From a virus, in the IMG/VR virus record IMGVR_UViG_3300046694_000223, positions 102,581 through 166,580 of that record: DNA of 64,000 nucleotides; one strand, given 5' to 3'. How positions within the stretch are numbered: position 1 is the first letter of the stretch; each line of letters opens with the position of its first letter. The notes below the pieces were generated by a model, which saw only the letters and a program-made list of their open reading frames with translations, had not been told where the DNA came from and made no database searches. Of this stretch, positions 9,223 to 19,382 are shown one piece after another. A program made the translations under genes and the position numbers.

Positions 9223-10229
9223 AGTGAAGAAATATATTTGTCATACAGTTCTTGCAGTCCCTTTGTGCGTCCTTCGATTGCACTCTTCTTTGTTCCTCCA
9301 GCTCCACAATGTTTACGATATGCATCTGATTTGTTCCATGTTTTTGAATAGTCATGTAAGAATGGAATTAGATTATGATTAAATTCATTGTTTACAATTA
9401 GATTCACAAACGACACAAGATTAATTTTAGTAACAAATTTATTGTATTCGGGAAAAGCCTGATTGATCATGTTAAATGCTTGAGTAACTTTATCAACAAC
9501 ATCTTCCGTAATTTCATTTTCGCTCACTGCTTTTTCAACATCTTTATTACCGAACGCTTCCCATTCATAACCACCAACCAACACCAAAGATTGAAGAACA
9601 GATATTTGACGTTCAGACTTCTTTACTGAGCCATCAGGAAAGTGCGCAGTAGTTGTGTATAAAGTGTTATTAGTCACTGTATCATGAACATACTGCTGAA
9701 CTTTAGATGAGGCTGAAACAAGCGCCAGATGTTCCTTGGACATTGGAACAGAGGAATTAAGGCGATAGAAAATTTGAGAAACTACTGTTTCTTCGTCATC
9801 GTCATCTTCAAGTTCAATTACGCGAATGGTTAGTGAATATCCGTTTAAAGCATTTTGCACTTCTTCGTCCAGTTCTGAATATTTCTTTCCTGCTATCTCA
9901 TGCATTTCACCTGTTGATTCAATATATACGGGTGGCAGGTCATCAGTAAGCGCAAATTTGTCGTTTCTGTAATCATAGATAGTGTTTAATCTTTGAAGCC
10001 CATCCAAAACATCATACACATTTACCATCTTCCCATTAACTTCTCTTTGATGTTTGATTGCATACACATCTGGAATAAATAAACGTAAAGCTGAATCAAT
10101 CAAGAGTGATCTATTTACTGGCTTCCACTGGCCTCCAGGACGTTGCAGAGGATTATCAAAGACAATAGTTCCACGATTAATGCCCGTTACAATCTCATTA
10201 ATATTTCTTTGCCATGCTGATCTTTTCAT
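9219..10229 (-). CDS. DUF262 (ParB-like/GmrS-type) domain protein
   Basis: NPLQR..QW, LIDS, VLDGLQRLNTI, FYRLNS motifs. Confidence 0.85.
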   Translation of the reverse strand: MKRSAWQRNINEIVTGINRGTIVFDNPLQRPGGQWKPVNRSLLIDSALRLFIPDVYAIKHQREVNGKMVNVYDVLDGLQRLNTIYDYRNDKFALTDDLPPVYIESTGEMHEIAGKKYSELDEEVQNALNGYSLTIRVIELEDDDDEETVVSQIFYRLNSSVPMSKEHLALVSASSKVQQYVHDTVTNNTLYTTTAHFPDGSVKKSERQISVLQSLVLVGGYEWEAFGNKDVEKAVSENEITEDVVDKVTQAFNMINQAFPEYNKFVTKINLVSFVNLIVNNEFNHNLIPFLHDYSKTWNKSDAYRKHCGAGGTKKSAIEGRTKGLQELYDKYISSL

Positions 10230-10243
10230 TTATAAAACCTCCG

Positions 10244-10468
10244 TCAATTGTTATTGTATTTTTCTTTCAATTCATTTAGATCAATGTTTAAAATTATAGA
10301 TAAATTCATTAGTTCATCTGCGGATAAGTTATTGCGGATCAACTTGCCACTAAAGGTTTTTTCATTCATTCCCATTCGTTCAGCAACCATAAATATTTTT
10401 AATTTTCTATCGTACTTTATTATCTTCTTGATGTAGTCTCCCATGTTGAAATCAGTTATTGTAATCAC
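10244..10468 (-). CDS. Cro/C1-like HTH regulator
   Basis: VAERMGMNEKTFSGKL...LSIILNIDLNEL. Confidence 0.75.
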   Translation of the reverse strand: MITITDFNMGDYIKKIIKYDRKLKIFMVAERMGMNEKTFSGKLIRNNLSADELMNLSIILNIDLNELKEKYNNN

Positions 10469-10589
10469 CTTCTTACTTCATTTCTCCTGCTTTCTTAATT
10501 CAATCTTACCATAATAATTCTTCAATATAAAGTCTTTTCTTCATATTGAAGAATTATTACCAGATAAAATTGACATTTCATTTGGTCTA

Positions 10590-10805
10590 TCACTTAGTTA
10601 AAGTACCGTTCACCATTTCCAAACTATCCACCAAAGCATTCAACAACCTAATTTCAGAAATAGGATAATCAGAAATCTTGCCCACTCTATTACCTTCAGA
10701 ATCTTTATGCATTACTTTTATGTATCTTACTCCAGCTTCGTTATATTCTGTCACCCATATCTGAAGACCATTTTCTGTATCACCTGTATACAACCATGAT
10801 TCCAT
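10590..10805 (-). CDS. Hypothetical phage protein
   Basis: 71 aa, AAGGAG RBS, bounded by palindromes at 10564 and 10824. Confidence 0.7.
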   Translation of the reverse strand: MESWLYTGDTENGLQIWVTEYNEAGVRYIKVMHKDSEGNRVGKISDYPISEIRLLNALVDSLEMVNGTLTK

Positions 10806-10845
10806 TTTATTTGCTCCTTTTATATAAAATTAAAAGTTCATCAAA

Positions 10846-11103
10846 TTATTTCTCGTCCAAGACAATGCTCCAGAAGTTTTCATTCTGTTGTGCAATCATC
10901 AAATCCGTTAAGATGTTCTCATTTTCGTAACCTGTAAGATTTACAAATACCAGTTGTCTAAATTCGGTATCTGGAGCATGATATTTAGATCCGTCAATAA
11001 CTTTATCTCTCCAAACAATTTTACATCCATTTGGTTTTACAGCTTTCATATTACCATTCTTTGCGAGTATTTGAACAGCTTCGAATAGATTTAGATTCTC
11101 CAT
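10846..11103 (-). CDS. Hypothetical phage protein
   Basis: 85 aa, GGAGG RBS, first gene after a promoter. Confidence 0.7.
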   Translation of the reverse strand: MENLNLFEAVQILAKNGNMKAVKPNGCKIVWRDKVIDGSKYHAPDTEFRQLVFVNLTGYENENILTDLMIAQQNENFWSIVLDEK

Positions 11104-11150
11104 TAATTACCGCCTCCACACTATTGTATTTGTTTCTCTTCTTATCTATA

Positions 11151-11198
11151 AGAATACACTATACACAATTTATTGTCAACTATATATTTATTCATTAA
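11151..11198 (-). promoter_or_regulatory. Early sigmaA promoter with AATAAATATAT box
   Basis: box-TTGACA-17-TATTCT. Confidence 0.75.
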
Positions 11199-11239
11199 AT
11201 GAAAAATGCCTAGTGATTAATTCACCAAGCACTCACTTT

Positions 11240-11494
11240 TTATTTAAAATTAACCAACTCATACTTTCCTCTTTCCAATCTCCTGTAATCATTAAACACT
11301 TCAACGTGATTTTGTTTAGCATTAATGCAGCACTTAGATACGATATGTGTTCTAATCGTTCTTGTATTATAATTTGAACCGTTCTGTACCATCAATGTTA
11401 TGGCTTCAATAGGTGTAAATTCATTTTTACCCTTATCCTTTACTAACGTTCTGACCGTCTTCAACAACTCATCTCTACACGTTGTATAAGCCAT
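11240..11494 (-). CDS. Putative winged-helix DNA-binding protein (likely start MAYTTC)
   Basis: FTPIEAITLM...TIRTHI...RRLERGKYEL; GGGAGG RBS. Confidence 0.55.
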   Translation of the reverse strand: MAYTTCRDELLKTVRTLVKDKGKNEFTPIEAITLMVQNGSNYNTRTIRTHIVSKCCINAKQNHVEVFNDYRRLERGKYELVNFK

Positions 11495-11607
11495 TTTAAC
11501 GCCTCCCATAGCTCTTTCTGCCATAGTAACACATCTAAATAAATCGCGTAAGTAATGACCTGTTGTGACTCTGTGTTGTGATTATAGGCGATGAAAGACG
11601 GGTTTTA

Positions 11608-11790
11608 TCAAATGACAGTTACGAATTTTTCAACATCGCTCACATTCATTGTCATAATTTCTTTTGAATCTTCATGTCTCAATACTAATTCAAATCTGCT
11701 CCCTGCAACAATCATAAAAACTTCCCCGTTTTGACTGATTGCGTTGTAACCACTTCTAATTACATCATTTGCTGTTTTCAAGGTTATCAC
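11608..11790 (-). CDS. Hypothetical phage protein
   Basis: 60 aa, bounded by palindromes at 11591 and 11804. Confidence 0.6.
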   Translation of the reverse strand: MITLKTANDVIRSGYNAISQNGEVFMIVAGSRFELVLRHEDSKEIMTMNVSDVEKFVTVI

Positions 11791-11833
11791 TCCTTATATT
11801 TTAATAAATTCACTCTTTTATCTGCTTGTGTAA

Positions 11834-12196
11834 TTATTGAACATATCGGTATGATTCAAAGTCGTTAAGACATTCTTCACATACTCTGCCATTAAAAAGA
11901 ACTTTTTTTTCTTTAATGAAATCGAATCTTCTTCCAATTACTTTTGAAACTGATACGTGTCTTCCGCAGCAACGGCAATATTCTTTGTATGCACACACCT
12001 CTTCAAGCTTGGCATTGGTTACGCCCTGCTCCATTACCTCGTAGGCATATTCAATGCTTTCAAAAGTATTATCAATAACCTGCTCCCATCCATTATCAAT
12101 TAAAGAAAAAAGTTTCTTGTTACTGGTCTTTTCTGCATCCAGCACTAGAGCTACAGCACCACTTTCAGATTCTTTAATAAAACCATAGATGTGCAT
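11834..12196 (-). CDS. Hypothetical protein with C-terminal Cys cluster
   Basis: CRCC...CEEC; GGAGG RBS. Confidence 0.65.
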   Translation of the reverse strand: MHIYGFIKESESGAVALVLDAEKTSNKKLFSLIDNGWEQVIDNTFESIEYAYEVMEQGVTNAKLEEVCAYKEYCRCCGRHVSVSKVIGRRFDFIKEKKVLFNGRVCEECLNDFESYRYVQ

Positions 12197-12270
12197 TGTT
12201 ATTCCTCCAAAAAAGATATTTGATCTTAGTATAACATGAAGTTATTAGAGCTTATGAAATGAGTAATTTA

Positions 12271-12462
12271 TTAAATGTCTGCCAATTCTTCAATAGTAAC
12301 GTGTCCATCTTTGATGAACGTATCACTTACACCAAATTCACCGTTTCTGTCAAAAAATATATTCACTCCAGCATTTGAACAAAGATAAGTTCCCACTTTG
12401 GATTTATTTAAGTTCTTGTACGTTATTTCGTATGGTACTCCACGTTCGAATTTCATGTTCAT
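12271..12462 (-). CDS. Hypothetical phage protein
   Basis: 63 aa, AGGAGG RBS. Confidence 0.65.
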   Translation of the reverse strand: MNMKFERGVPYEITYKNLNKSKVGTYLCSNAGVNIFFDRNGEFGVSDTFIKDGHVTIEELADI

Positions 12463-12477
12463 TACCTCCTATAGATA

Positions 12478-12855
12478 TTAAACAGTCATTAATTCCTTTA
12501 ATTCCTCATTTATCATTTCAACTTCTTTTCTGAATTTTTCTTCTGACATTTCCCAAATAACATCACGAGGTTTATCAAATAATGAGATAACATCCTCTGC
12601 CGCTTCTCCATTGCAATCCAGTATCACTCTGATTCTCTTCTTAATCTCTGTACGTTGCTCATGTGCTGTCTGCATAACTTTCTCGTCTCTATCTTTAACC
12701 CACTGAGGGATCAACTTGAATTTATTGCGGCTGCTATATAATGTATGTCCGTCCGAAACCTCGCCTTTACCATTACATTCGTAACAAGTACCGCCATCAA
12801 TTGCAATATAGTTGAGTATTACTTTTCTGCCGTGATATTTCGGGCATTTCTTCAT
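12478..12855 (-). CDS. Zn-ribbon (CxxCxGxG-like) protein
   Basis: CPKYHG...CYECNGKG; AGGAGG RBS. Confidence 0.65.
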   Translation of the reverse strand: MKKCPKYHGRKVILNYIAIDGGTCYECNGKGEVSDGHTLYSSRNKFKLIPQWVKDRDEKVMQTAHEQRTEIKKRIRVILDCNGEAAEDVISLFDKPRDVIWEMSEEKFRKEVEMINEELKELMTV

Positions 12856-13143
12856 GTTGGCCGCCTCCTATGTATTAATCTTATGAATACATCATATCAC
12901 ACTTTTATGTGTTTGTATATATTTATTTATTAAATTATTCTCACTAATATTTATACAATATTGTGTATTTTCTCATGAAAAATACGACACTCATAAACTA
13001 AGTATCGTATGAATATTCATATAAAATTTGATGAAATCTTGTTTTTATCAGGTTTATTTACTTTGATAATTTAAATTGATCGCGAGACATAAAATTAATA
13101 TTTCTTCTTATATAAAAATAAGAGGGGAAGAAATCCCCCCCTG

Positions 13144-13392
13144 CTATCTTGTCATTTCCCAAAGTTTTAAATTTTCTTTCATGATGATGTTCATTTCATC
13201 TACATATTGTTTTTGCTCACTTTTCGATAATCCTGCTTGATTGAACGTTTCCAACAATTGATTTGCGTAGTTATTCTTTTGAATTCTACCTTCGCTTGCA
13301 TCCCATTTTGCCATTAGAACATTAGCTTTTCTAAGAAATCCCGTTGCCGCTTCTACGCCCATTTTCTTATCAAGTATTCCGCTAATTGTCAT
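13144..13392 (-). CDS. Hypothetical phage protein
   Basis: 82 aa with its own promoter (13438-13485) and a hairpin terminator near 13121-13143. Confidence 0.7.
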   Translation of the reverse strand: MTISGILDKKMGVEAATGFLRKANVLMAKWDASEGRIQKNNYANQLLETFNQAGLSKSEQKQYVDEMNIIMKENLKLWEMTR

Positions 13393-13515
13393 TCTAATTC
13401 GCTCCTTTAGAATATGTATTATCTTCTTCTTGTTTTAATTATACTCACTTCAGAAATAATTGCAATACTTTTATTATATTTATTTTTATAAACATATCAT
13501 GAAATATGGTATTTA

Positions 13516-14100
13516 TCAAGATACTTTGTCTAATTCAACTGCAATTTCTTGCTTCCAGTTAATAAGTGCAACAATATTACGTTGCAATTCTTTATTGCTG
13601 AGATAAGTCTCACTATTATTCATGCTGTCGCTCATCGATTCAATCTCATTGCTCACTGCTTCCTTAATATCATGAAGATATCTACTTGCATAATTTAATG
13701 GGAAATTACCATTCCAATCTCGAAGAGAATAAAAACAGGTTCCATCCGAGTAACTTTGTTTATGTAAAGAAAGCACTTCGCCATTTTTAGAGTTTGATTT
13801 AAATAAAATTTCATTGTTTACAATCTTCTTCTGCCCCTTTATTTCTTCCCCGGCCATATAACAGGCTCCGCAAGATTCACTATCAAAATCTGAATTTAAT
13901 TTAATTAATGTATTATCAATTAAACAATATATATTTGAATCTACAATATAATAGGACTTTCCGCTGTTAAATCGTTTATCTTCTACCCACTCTTCGTTAA
14001 TATTTTTGTTGTATACAATAACTTCAAATTCATATTTAAGATTGCCGAATTTATCTTCAAATTGATTTTTATCAAAATTCATTCTTTTCAAGAAAACCAC
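13516..14100 (-). CDS. Hypothetical phage protein
   Basis: 194-aa ORF; stop overlaps the palindrome at 13499. Confidence 0.7.
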   Translation of the reverse strand: MVFLKRMNFDKNQFEDKFGNLKYEFEVIVYNKNINEEWVEDKRFNSGKSYYIVDSNIYCLIDNTLIKLNSDFDSESCGACYMAGEEIKGQKKIVNNEILFKSNSKNGEVLSLHKQSYSDGTCFYSLRDWNGNFPLNYASRYLHDIKEAVSNEIESMSDSMNNSETYLSNKELQRNIVALINWKQEIAVELDKVS

Positions 14101-14104
14101 TCCC

Positions 14105-14350
14105 CTATAATTTTTTCTTGTTAAAGTTTCTTATTCGGGCTGGATACCTATTTAAAAAATCTGCTATTTCATTCATCTTTTCTATAACCCGATGTTCGTT
14201 TCCCCCAATAATGTAATAGTTTTTTTCAATTTCCTTTGATTCTTCAAGTAACGCTTGAGCTTCTATTCCTCTATTAATAACATCGCCTAGAAGTTTTTTG
14301 TGCTTATCAAGTTCTTTTAGTGCATCCATTTTCTGTGTCTCCATTATCAC
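14105..14350 (-). CDS. Hypothetical phage protein
   Basis: 81 aa, AAGGAG RBS. Confidence 0.65.
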   Translation of the reverse strand: MIMETQKMDALKELDKHKKLLGDVINRGIEAQALLEESKEIEKNYYIIGGNEHRVIEKMNEIADFLNRYPARIRNFNKKKL

Positions 14351-14368
14351 TATCTCCTTATAAAATTA

Positions 14369-14551
14369 TCATTTCGTGAGTATATTTTCTAATTGAACCT
14401 TTGTTAATTCACTCATTTTAATATTGTTATTCTTGGCAAGCTCTAATGTGTCACGAATGAACTCTTTCTTTGCTCCTTCGGGCCAGCATCTCCGACAGCT
14501 AATGACTCTAATCATATATTTATATTTTTCTTCCGCCTCAGTATTTACCAT
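14369..14551 (-). CDS. Hypothetical phage protein
   Basis: 60 aa; stop lies inside the palindrome at 14360. Confidence 0.55.
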   Translation of the reverse strand: MVNTEAEEKYKYMIRVISCRRCWPEGAKKEFIRDTLELAKNNNIKMSELTKVQLENILTK

Positions 14552-14829
14552 GCTTCAGTATCTCCGTATTGACTTTTGCCTGTAGCATATTCATAAGCTT
14601 TAAGGAAGATTTCCATTGTGTTTTCATCGATCATTTTTGATGTCCAATTGTCTTCAACATCACCATCAACATAAAAGTCATCAGATCCAAACCGCGAATT
14701 CGTATTAATAAGAGCAAAGGAGTTAGGGGCAATTACTGTATCTGTATCAAAGTTAGTAACTACGATAGTTGTAAAGTTTTCACGGTTAATTACTTTTAGT
14801 TGGTTCATATGTATCACGCTCCGCTTCAT
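14545..14829 (-). CDS. Hypothetical phage protein
   Basis: Downstream of promoter TAGACA-17-TATGAT (14841-14887). Confidence 0.65.
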   Translation of the reverse strand: MKRSVIHMNQLKVINRENFTTIVVTNFDTDTVIAPNSFALINTNSRFGSDDFYVDGDVEDNWTSKMIDENTMEIFLKAYEYATGKSQYGDTEAW

Positions 14830-14889
14830 TTGATATTTACATCATAACACATTTATTTATTTCTGTCTACATATATTTATTAATTAAAG

Positions 14890-15183
14890 CTATTCGCATT
14901 CATATTCCCGTATCAACTTCTTTGCAATCCATCGGTCAGACATTTCAGCTATGTGCATTTCGTTAAAGTCATCTTCAAACATTCCATTACCTTTATATGC
15001 TGCCCATGCTCCATCTTCAGCAAGTTCCAGGAACACTCTGCGAAGCTCTGGAACCGTGTATTCATTACACTTGATATCTCCACCAGTTGCAGCGGAAACG
15101 GCCTTAGACACTCTCTTGATCAGCGTTTCAATCGGAGTTACCTTTTTGACTTGTGCTAATGTTGTTGTTGTCATATATATCAC
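14890..15183 (-). CDS. Hypothetical phage protein
   Basis: Downstream of promoter TTGAAC-17-TATAAT (15205-15251). Confidence 0.65.
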   Translation of the reverse strand: MIYMTTTTLAQVKKVTPIETLIKRVSKAVSAATGGDIKCNEYTVPELRRVFLELAEDGAWAAYKGNGMFEDDFNEMHIAEMSDRWIAKKLIREYECE

Positions 15184-15285
15184 CTCTTCATTAGGAATAA
15201 CTAAATTATAGCATGTATAAATTCATAGTTCAACATATATTTATTAATTAAAAAAGACCCGTTAAGGTCTGTTTTAAAAAGCCGT

Positions 15286-15723
15286 TTACACACTTATTTC
15301 ACATTCTAAAACTAAATCGATTAATTTTATAGTTGGCTCCCATGGTCTTTTTTCAATAGATCCGGTTAATACCGTTGTAGTCATATTATTAATAAAAAAA
15401 TTATCAGTAGAACAAATCCCATGTGACTTTAAAGCTTCTAAATAATCCTTTTCTTTTTTCAAGCCTTTAGAGTGACAGTACCATCTTGTGAGCATGCCTA
15501 CTAGTAAATCATCTACACAAAAGCAAAAATCTGGATTCGCAAGAGCCATTTTAAATCTAATTGTTGGTGTTTCGTAATAAGTAATCTCCGCTAAGACTTT
15601 TTGACCCTTGGAGAATTCAACATTCCCAGTGAAATTAATCCCCCATATTTTATTAGCAAAAAAATTAGCTTTTCGTTTTAGTTCTGCACCGTACTGTTCA
15701 TAATTTATGGGGGATTTTTTCAT
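15286..15723 (-). CDS. SprT-like fold protein lacking HExxH
   Basis: ANKIWGINF...DDLLVGMLTRWYCHSKG...LKSHGICST resembles small phage SprT-like proteins. Confidence 0.4.
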   Translation of the reverse strand: MKKSPINYEQYGAELKRKANFFANKIWGINFTGNVEFSKGQKVLAEITYYETPTIRFKMALANPDFCFCVDDLLVGMLTRWYCHSKGLKKEKDYLEALKSHGICSTDNFFINNMTTTVLTGSIEKRPWEPTIKLIDLVLECEISV

Positions 15724-15738
15724 TAGAAATTCGCTCCT

Positions 15739-16104
15739 CTATTCTTCTTCAATAAAATTCCCTTCGTTGTCGAACTGTTCACTATCTTTACTGTCAATAA
15801 AAACTTCTTTAAAGAATTTAATATCATTCTGATCATCAACAACCATTAAGGCTTCATCACGAGTATTAACATAAATTTTTGCATTTTTAGGTGAGAAGTC
15901 ATATCCCGCAATACCCTCTAGATAACTCATTGTTTCGGTTGGAGCAAACAGGATTACCTCTTCCTCAGAAAATACATACGTAAACAGTTCAAGGCTGTCT
16001 ACTGTTAGTTCGTAATATTCTGCTATGTATCCCATTTGTTTTGGAGTTAACTGCGCACCTTCGTTAGCAATCTTGTTGTACTTTTCCGAAATAATATTAA
16101 TCAT
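15739..16104 (-). CDS. Acidic hypothetical protein
   Basis: 121 aa, very D/E-rich; promoter TTGACT-17-TACAAT at 16158-16186. Confidence 0.7.
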   Translation of the reverse strand: MINIISEKYNKIANEGAQLTPKQMGYIAEYYELTVDSLELFTYVFSEEEVILFAPTETMSYLEGIAGYDFSPKNAKIYVNTRDEALMVVDDQNDIKFFKEVFIDSKDSEQFDNEGNFIEEE

Positions 16105-16273
16105 CTAATCATTCTCCTTTTAATATAATATATTATGCGGTACTTGACCACGTAATTATTGTAACATGTTGTTTATAATTAGTCAACTATTTATTTATTT
16201 TTATTTATTAAACTATTTGAAATAAGTGTTTTATCATGACTTGGTTCAATGAGGGCCAACATCTGATTGACCA

Positions 16274-19200
16274 CTATACAATTTCTTGTTGACCCCAGTT
16301 CAACCTAGTGTATCCGTCTTGATCCTTTTCTTTCGTCATCAGCATGTTTAGAATATCGAAATCAACCCCGAAACGCTCAAATAATTCTTCATCATCTATG
16401 TTGTCATCTTTCATGAATAAATTAAGCTTTTCTTTGCTCAATATCAATTTAAGCAAATTACTTTCGATACTATTTTCATATGTTACGTAATGAATTTCTT
16501 TATTATCGGCCTCAGAATCAAAACGAATAAATCTCGCTGTAAACTGGTGTAAGCTGGCCCCGTTCCAGGATAATTCCGTTACAATGATTTTATTTACATA
16601 ATTTATGCTTACACTACTAGACAATGATTGCTGAGTGCAAACCATAATAGGGTTGGTATGTTTTTTCATTTCTAAAATCATTTCTTTACGCTGCTTAAGG
16701 CTCATATCTTCACCTGTAACAATAAATAATTTGCGTTCTGGGAAAAGCTCTCTAATATATCTCGCATAACTATAAACTGTCTTCTTAAAACGACACCCGA
16801 TAACTACAGGTTCATTATTCCATTCCTTTATCATAGCAAATACTTTTTTAAATTTAGATGAGTATCCTTTACCGCTATATTCATTAAATAAGTGTGCAGC
16901 GCTGCAACTTCTAATTAACATATTGAGTTGCTGAATGATTTCTAACATCCTATCTTTTCGACTGTTTCCAGTTCTCTGTACGTTTCTAGCCATTTCATAA
17001 AATTCATCAACAATCTTTTTATATAGTACATATTCATGGTTATTAAATGTGCAAGTATCTTGAAATCTACTTGCAATGGATCTTCCCGTAATTTCTTCAA
17101 ACGTTCTAGTAATAATTGTAGAGTCAATAATATTTTTAAGAATATCTGAATTATAAATATGTTGCGTAGACTGCGACACGCCGAATACAGTTATTTTTTC
17201 TGGGATGTGGCTTTCCTGGAATAACTTTTGCCCTTTATGATATTGCGGATAAGGCTTTAAATAGTGTGAATTTCGTTCTGTTTTCAGCTCTTTAGTTTTT
17301 TTATCTTGTACATAAATTTCTTCACAGCGATTAATAAAATTCACCGATGAATTAAAGAGCAATTGAAATTGCGGAAATGCTTCCCCTATTGAATTTCTAA
17401 CACTTGTACCCGTAGTCAAAAGTTTATGTTTTGCATTCCTAAATACATTCAAAGTCGCTTTTGTTCTTTTGCTTGTCATTGTTGCTATACTGTCGGATTC
17501 ATCCAGTACTAGGCCAATTTTATGCTCGTTTAAGCGTATGAATTTCTTAATATGTCTTTGGTACTTGGTTAACATATTAAACGTCACTAGAACGATGTCA
17601 GAAGGCTTAATTCTTGCAATACTTTTTAATGAATCAATCTTAACAAATGGGATTCCGTAACTATCTAAAGCAGATTCAAAAGTGCCAGTAATTGCAATCG
17701 CTGGAGCAATAATAAACACGTTTTTAACATTGCTGTGTTGTAAATGATATTGAGCATAAGCAATTGCTGCCAATGATTTACCGCCTCCACAATCCCACTG
17801 TAACAGGCCGTAACGCTTCTGTAGCATCTTTCCTATATCTTCCTTTTGAATTCTGTTCAACTCAATTACACGGTCATTTAGAGAGTCATTAAGCCTATAT
17901 GAATTTAACCATTCAGAAATATAACCGTTCTGCTGCATTTCTTTAAATGGCTTACTTTGCTGTTTGTATGCTTTCATTTTTCTATTCAATAATTTTCTAT
18001 AGGTTTGATCTTCAAATGGATATTCTCCCTTTATAATCATGTCAATAAAACTAATCTCTTTGACTCCCGTAAACTTAGACAGATATACTTTATTCTTATG
18101 AGAGTATCCCTTTAATTTTAATCCGCTATTGGTCTTAATCAGTTTAATACAATCTTGCTCATTTTTATGTTGATTCTTTAAGACTCGCTTAAGATATGAC
18201 AATACTTTATTAGGCGTTAAACGGACTTTTTCCCATTCTTCGAACTTCATTCCTTCGGGTTTTTCTTGATCGTAATATTTATTGACTTGTTCCATACATG
18301 CGGCATATTTGTTGTTAATATTTTTTGATCGTTTGATATCAAATAGGTATTTTTTAACTTTTGACTGAAATTCTAAATTATTTTTACTTTCCTTTTGGTT
18401 ATTCTGTACTTGCTCAAAGAATAATTTATGCTTTATTTTTTCCTTTTGTTCAATTACTGGTGCAATATATGTATTATAAATTGATTCGCTGTTTAAGTCT
18501 GAAATTTCGCTTAACATTGATAGTCTTGTAATATACAAATTATCATTTGTTACATGTTCACTCTTTTTAGAAAAGAACATAATTTTTGTACGGAATTTAT
18601 CGACTCCGCTAGAATTAAAAGAATCAGACGGTAACTCCGCTTGATGGATAAAATTGTACATATCATTCATTTGTTTGATCATTCCACCGTCTGAGAAATC
18701 ATCTGATAAAAAGGAAACCGGAACAATTAAGGCAAGTATCCCGCACGGTTTCAAAAGTTCATAGGCTTTAATGCAATAGTATAGTTGACTCAGATATTCC
18801 GTTCTATTTATATAAAGTTTTAAATTAAAAGGTGGATTACCTAAAACATAATCGAAGGTTGTCCTTGGGCTATATTCGCGTACATCTCCGCATGTTGCGT
18901 CAATATCAGGATAGAGATATTTCATAACTTTATAATTATTTATATTTAGTTCATTTGCATATACGTTTTGATGGTTCGGCAACCAATTAATAAAGTTTCC
19001 ACTACCCGCCGTTAAATCTGCAACTAACTGGAATTGATCAATTTTTAAGCAATTAATAAGAAATTTAGATAATGAATGAGGTGTAAAGAATTCTCCTACT
19101 TCACGCAATTTTTTAGCCTCAGTGAATGAGTAAAAGGAATCGAAGTCTTTAAATTCTAAACCATGCAAACCACCCGAACCGCTGTACATGTCGTATATAT

Positions 19201-19333
19201 TCTGCTTAGTAATCCCATGTTTTGAACATGAATCATTCTGAATCATAAATTGAATTTTTTCGTTTATTTCTTTGCGCTTGTTTTGTGGAACTACTATATT
19301 TGAAATTTGATACACTTGTTTATCCTCCATCAA
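16274..19333 (-). CDS. N6-adenine DNA methyltransferase-SF2/SNF2 helicase fusion (DarB-like)
   Basis: GEFFTP, DLTAGSGNF, GNPPF MTase motifs; WDCGGGKS Walker A, LDESD Walker B, TTGT, C-terminal helicase domain. Confidence 0.85.
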   Translation of the reverse strand: MMEDKQVYQISNIVVPQNKRKEINEKIQFMIQNDSCSKHGITKQNIYDMYSGSGGLHGLEFKDFDSFYSFTEAKKLREVGEFFTPHSLSKFLINCLKIDQFQLVADLTAGSGNFINWLPNHQNVYANELNINNYKVMKYLYPDIDATCGDVREYSPRTTFDYVLGNPPFNLKLYINRTEYLSQLYYCIKAYELLKPCGILALIVPVSFLSDDFSDGGMIKQMNDMYNFIHQAELPSDSFNSSGVDKFRTKIMFFSKKSEHVTNDNLYITRLSMLSEISDLNSESIYNTYIAPVIEQKEKIKHKLFFEQVQNNQKESKNNLEFQSKVKKYLFDIKRSKNINNKYAACMEQVNKYYDQEKPEGMKFEEWEKVRLTPNKVLSYLKRVLKNQHKNEQDCIKLIKTNSGLKLKGYSHKNKVYLSKFTGVKEISFIDMIIKGEYPFEDQTYRKLLNRKMKAYKQQSKPFKEMQQNGYISEWLNSYRLNDSLNDRVIELNRIQKEDIGKMLQKRYGLLQWDCGGGKSLAAIAYAQYHLQHSNVKNVFIIAPAIAITGTFESALDSYGIPFVKIDSLKSIARIKPSDIVLVTFNMLTKYQRHIKKFIRLNEHKIGLVLDESDSIATMTSKRTKATLNVFRNAKHKLLTTGTSVRNSIGEAFPQFQLLFNSSVNFINRCEEIYVQDKKTKELKTERNSHYLKPYPQYHKGQKLFQESHIPEKITVFGVSQSTQHIYNSDILKNIIDSTIITRTFEEITGRSIASRFQDTCTFNNHEYVLYKKIVDEFYEMARNVQRTGNSRKDRMLEIIQQLNMLIRSCSAAHLFNEYSGKGYSSKFKKVFAMIKEWNNEPVVIGCRFKKTVYSYARYIRELFPERKLFIVTGEDMSLKQRKEMILEMKKHTNPIMVCTQQSLSSSVSINYVNKIIVTELSWNGASLHQFTARFIRFDSEADNKEIHYVTYENSIESNLLKLILSKEKLNLFMKDDNIDDEELFERFGVDFDILNMLMTKEKDQDGYTRLNWGQQEIV

Positions 19334-19382
19334 AAGAGAATCAGCACTTTATATAACTGATTCCCCGTATATTATTTTATTC

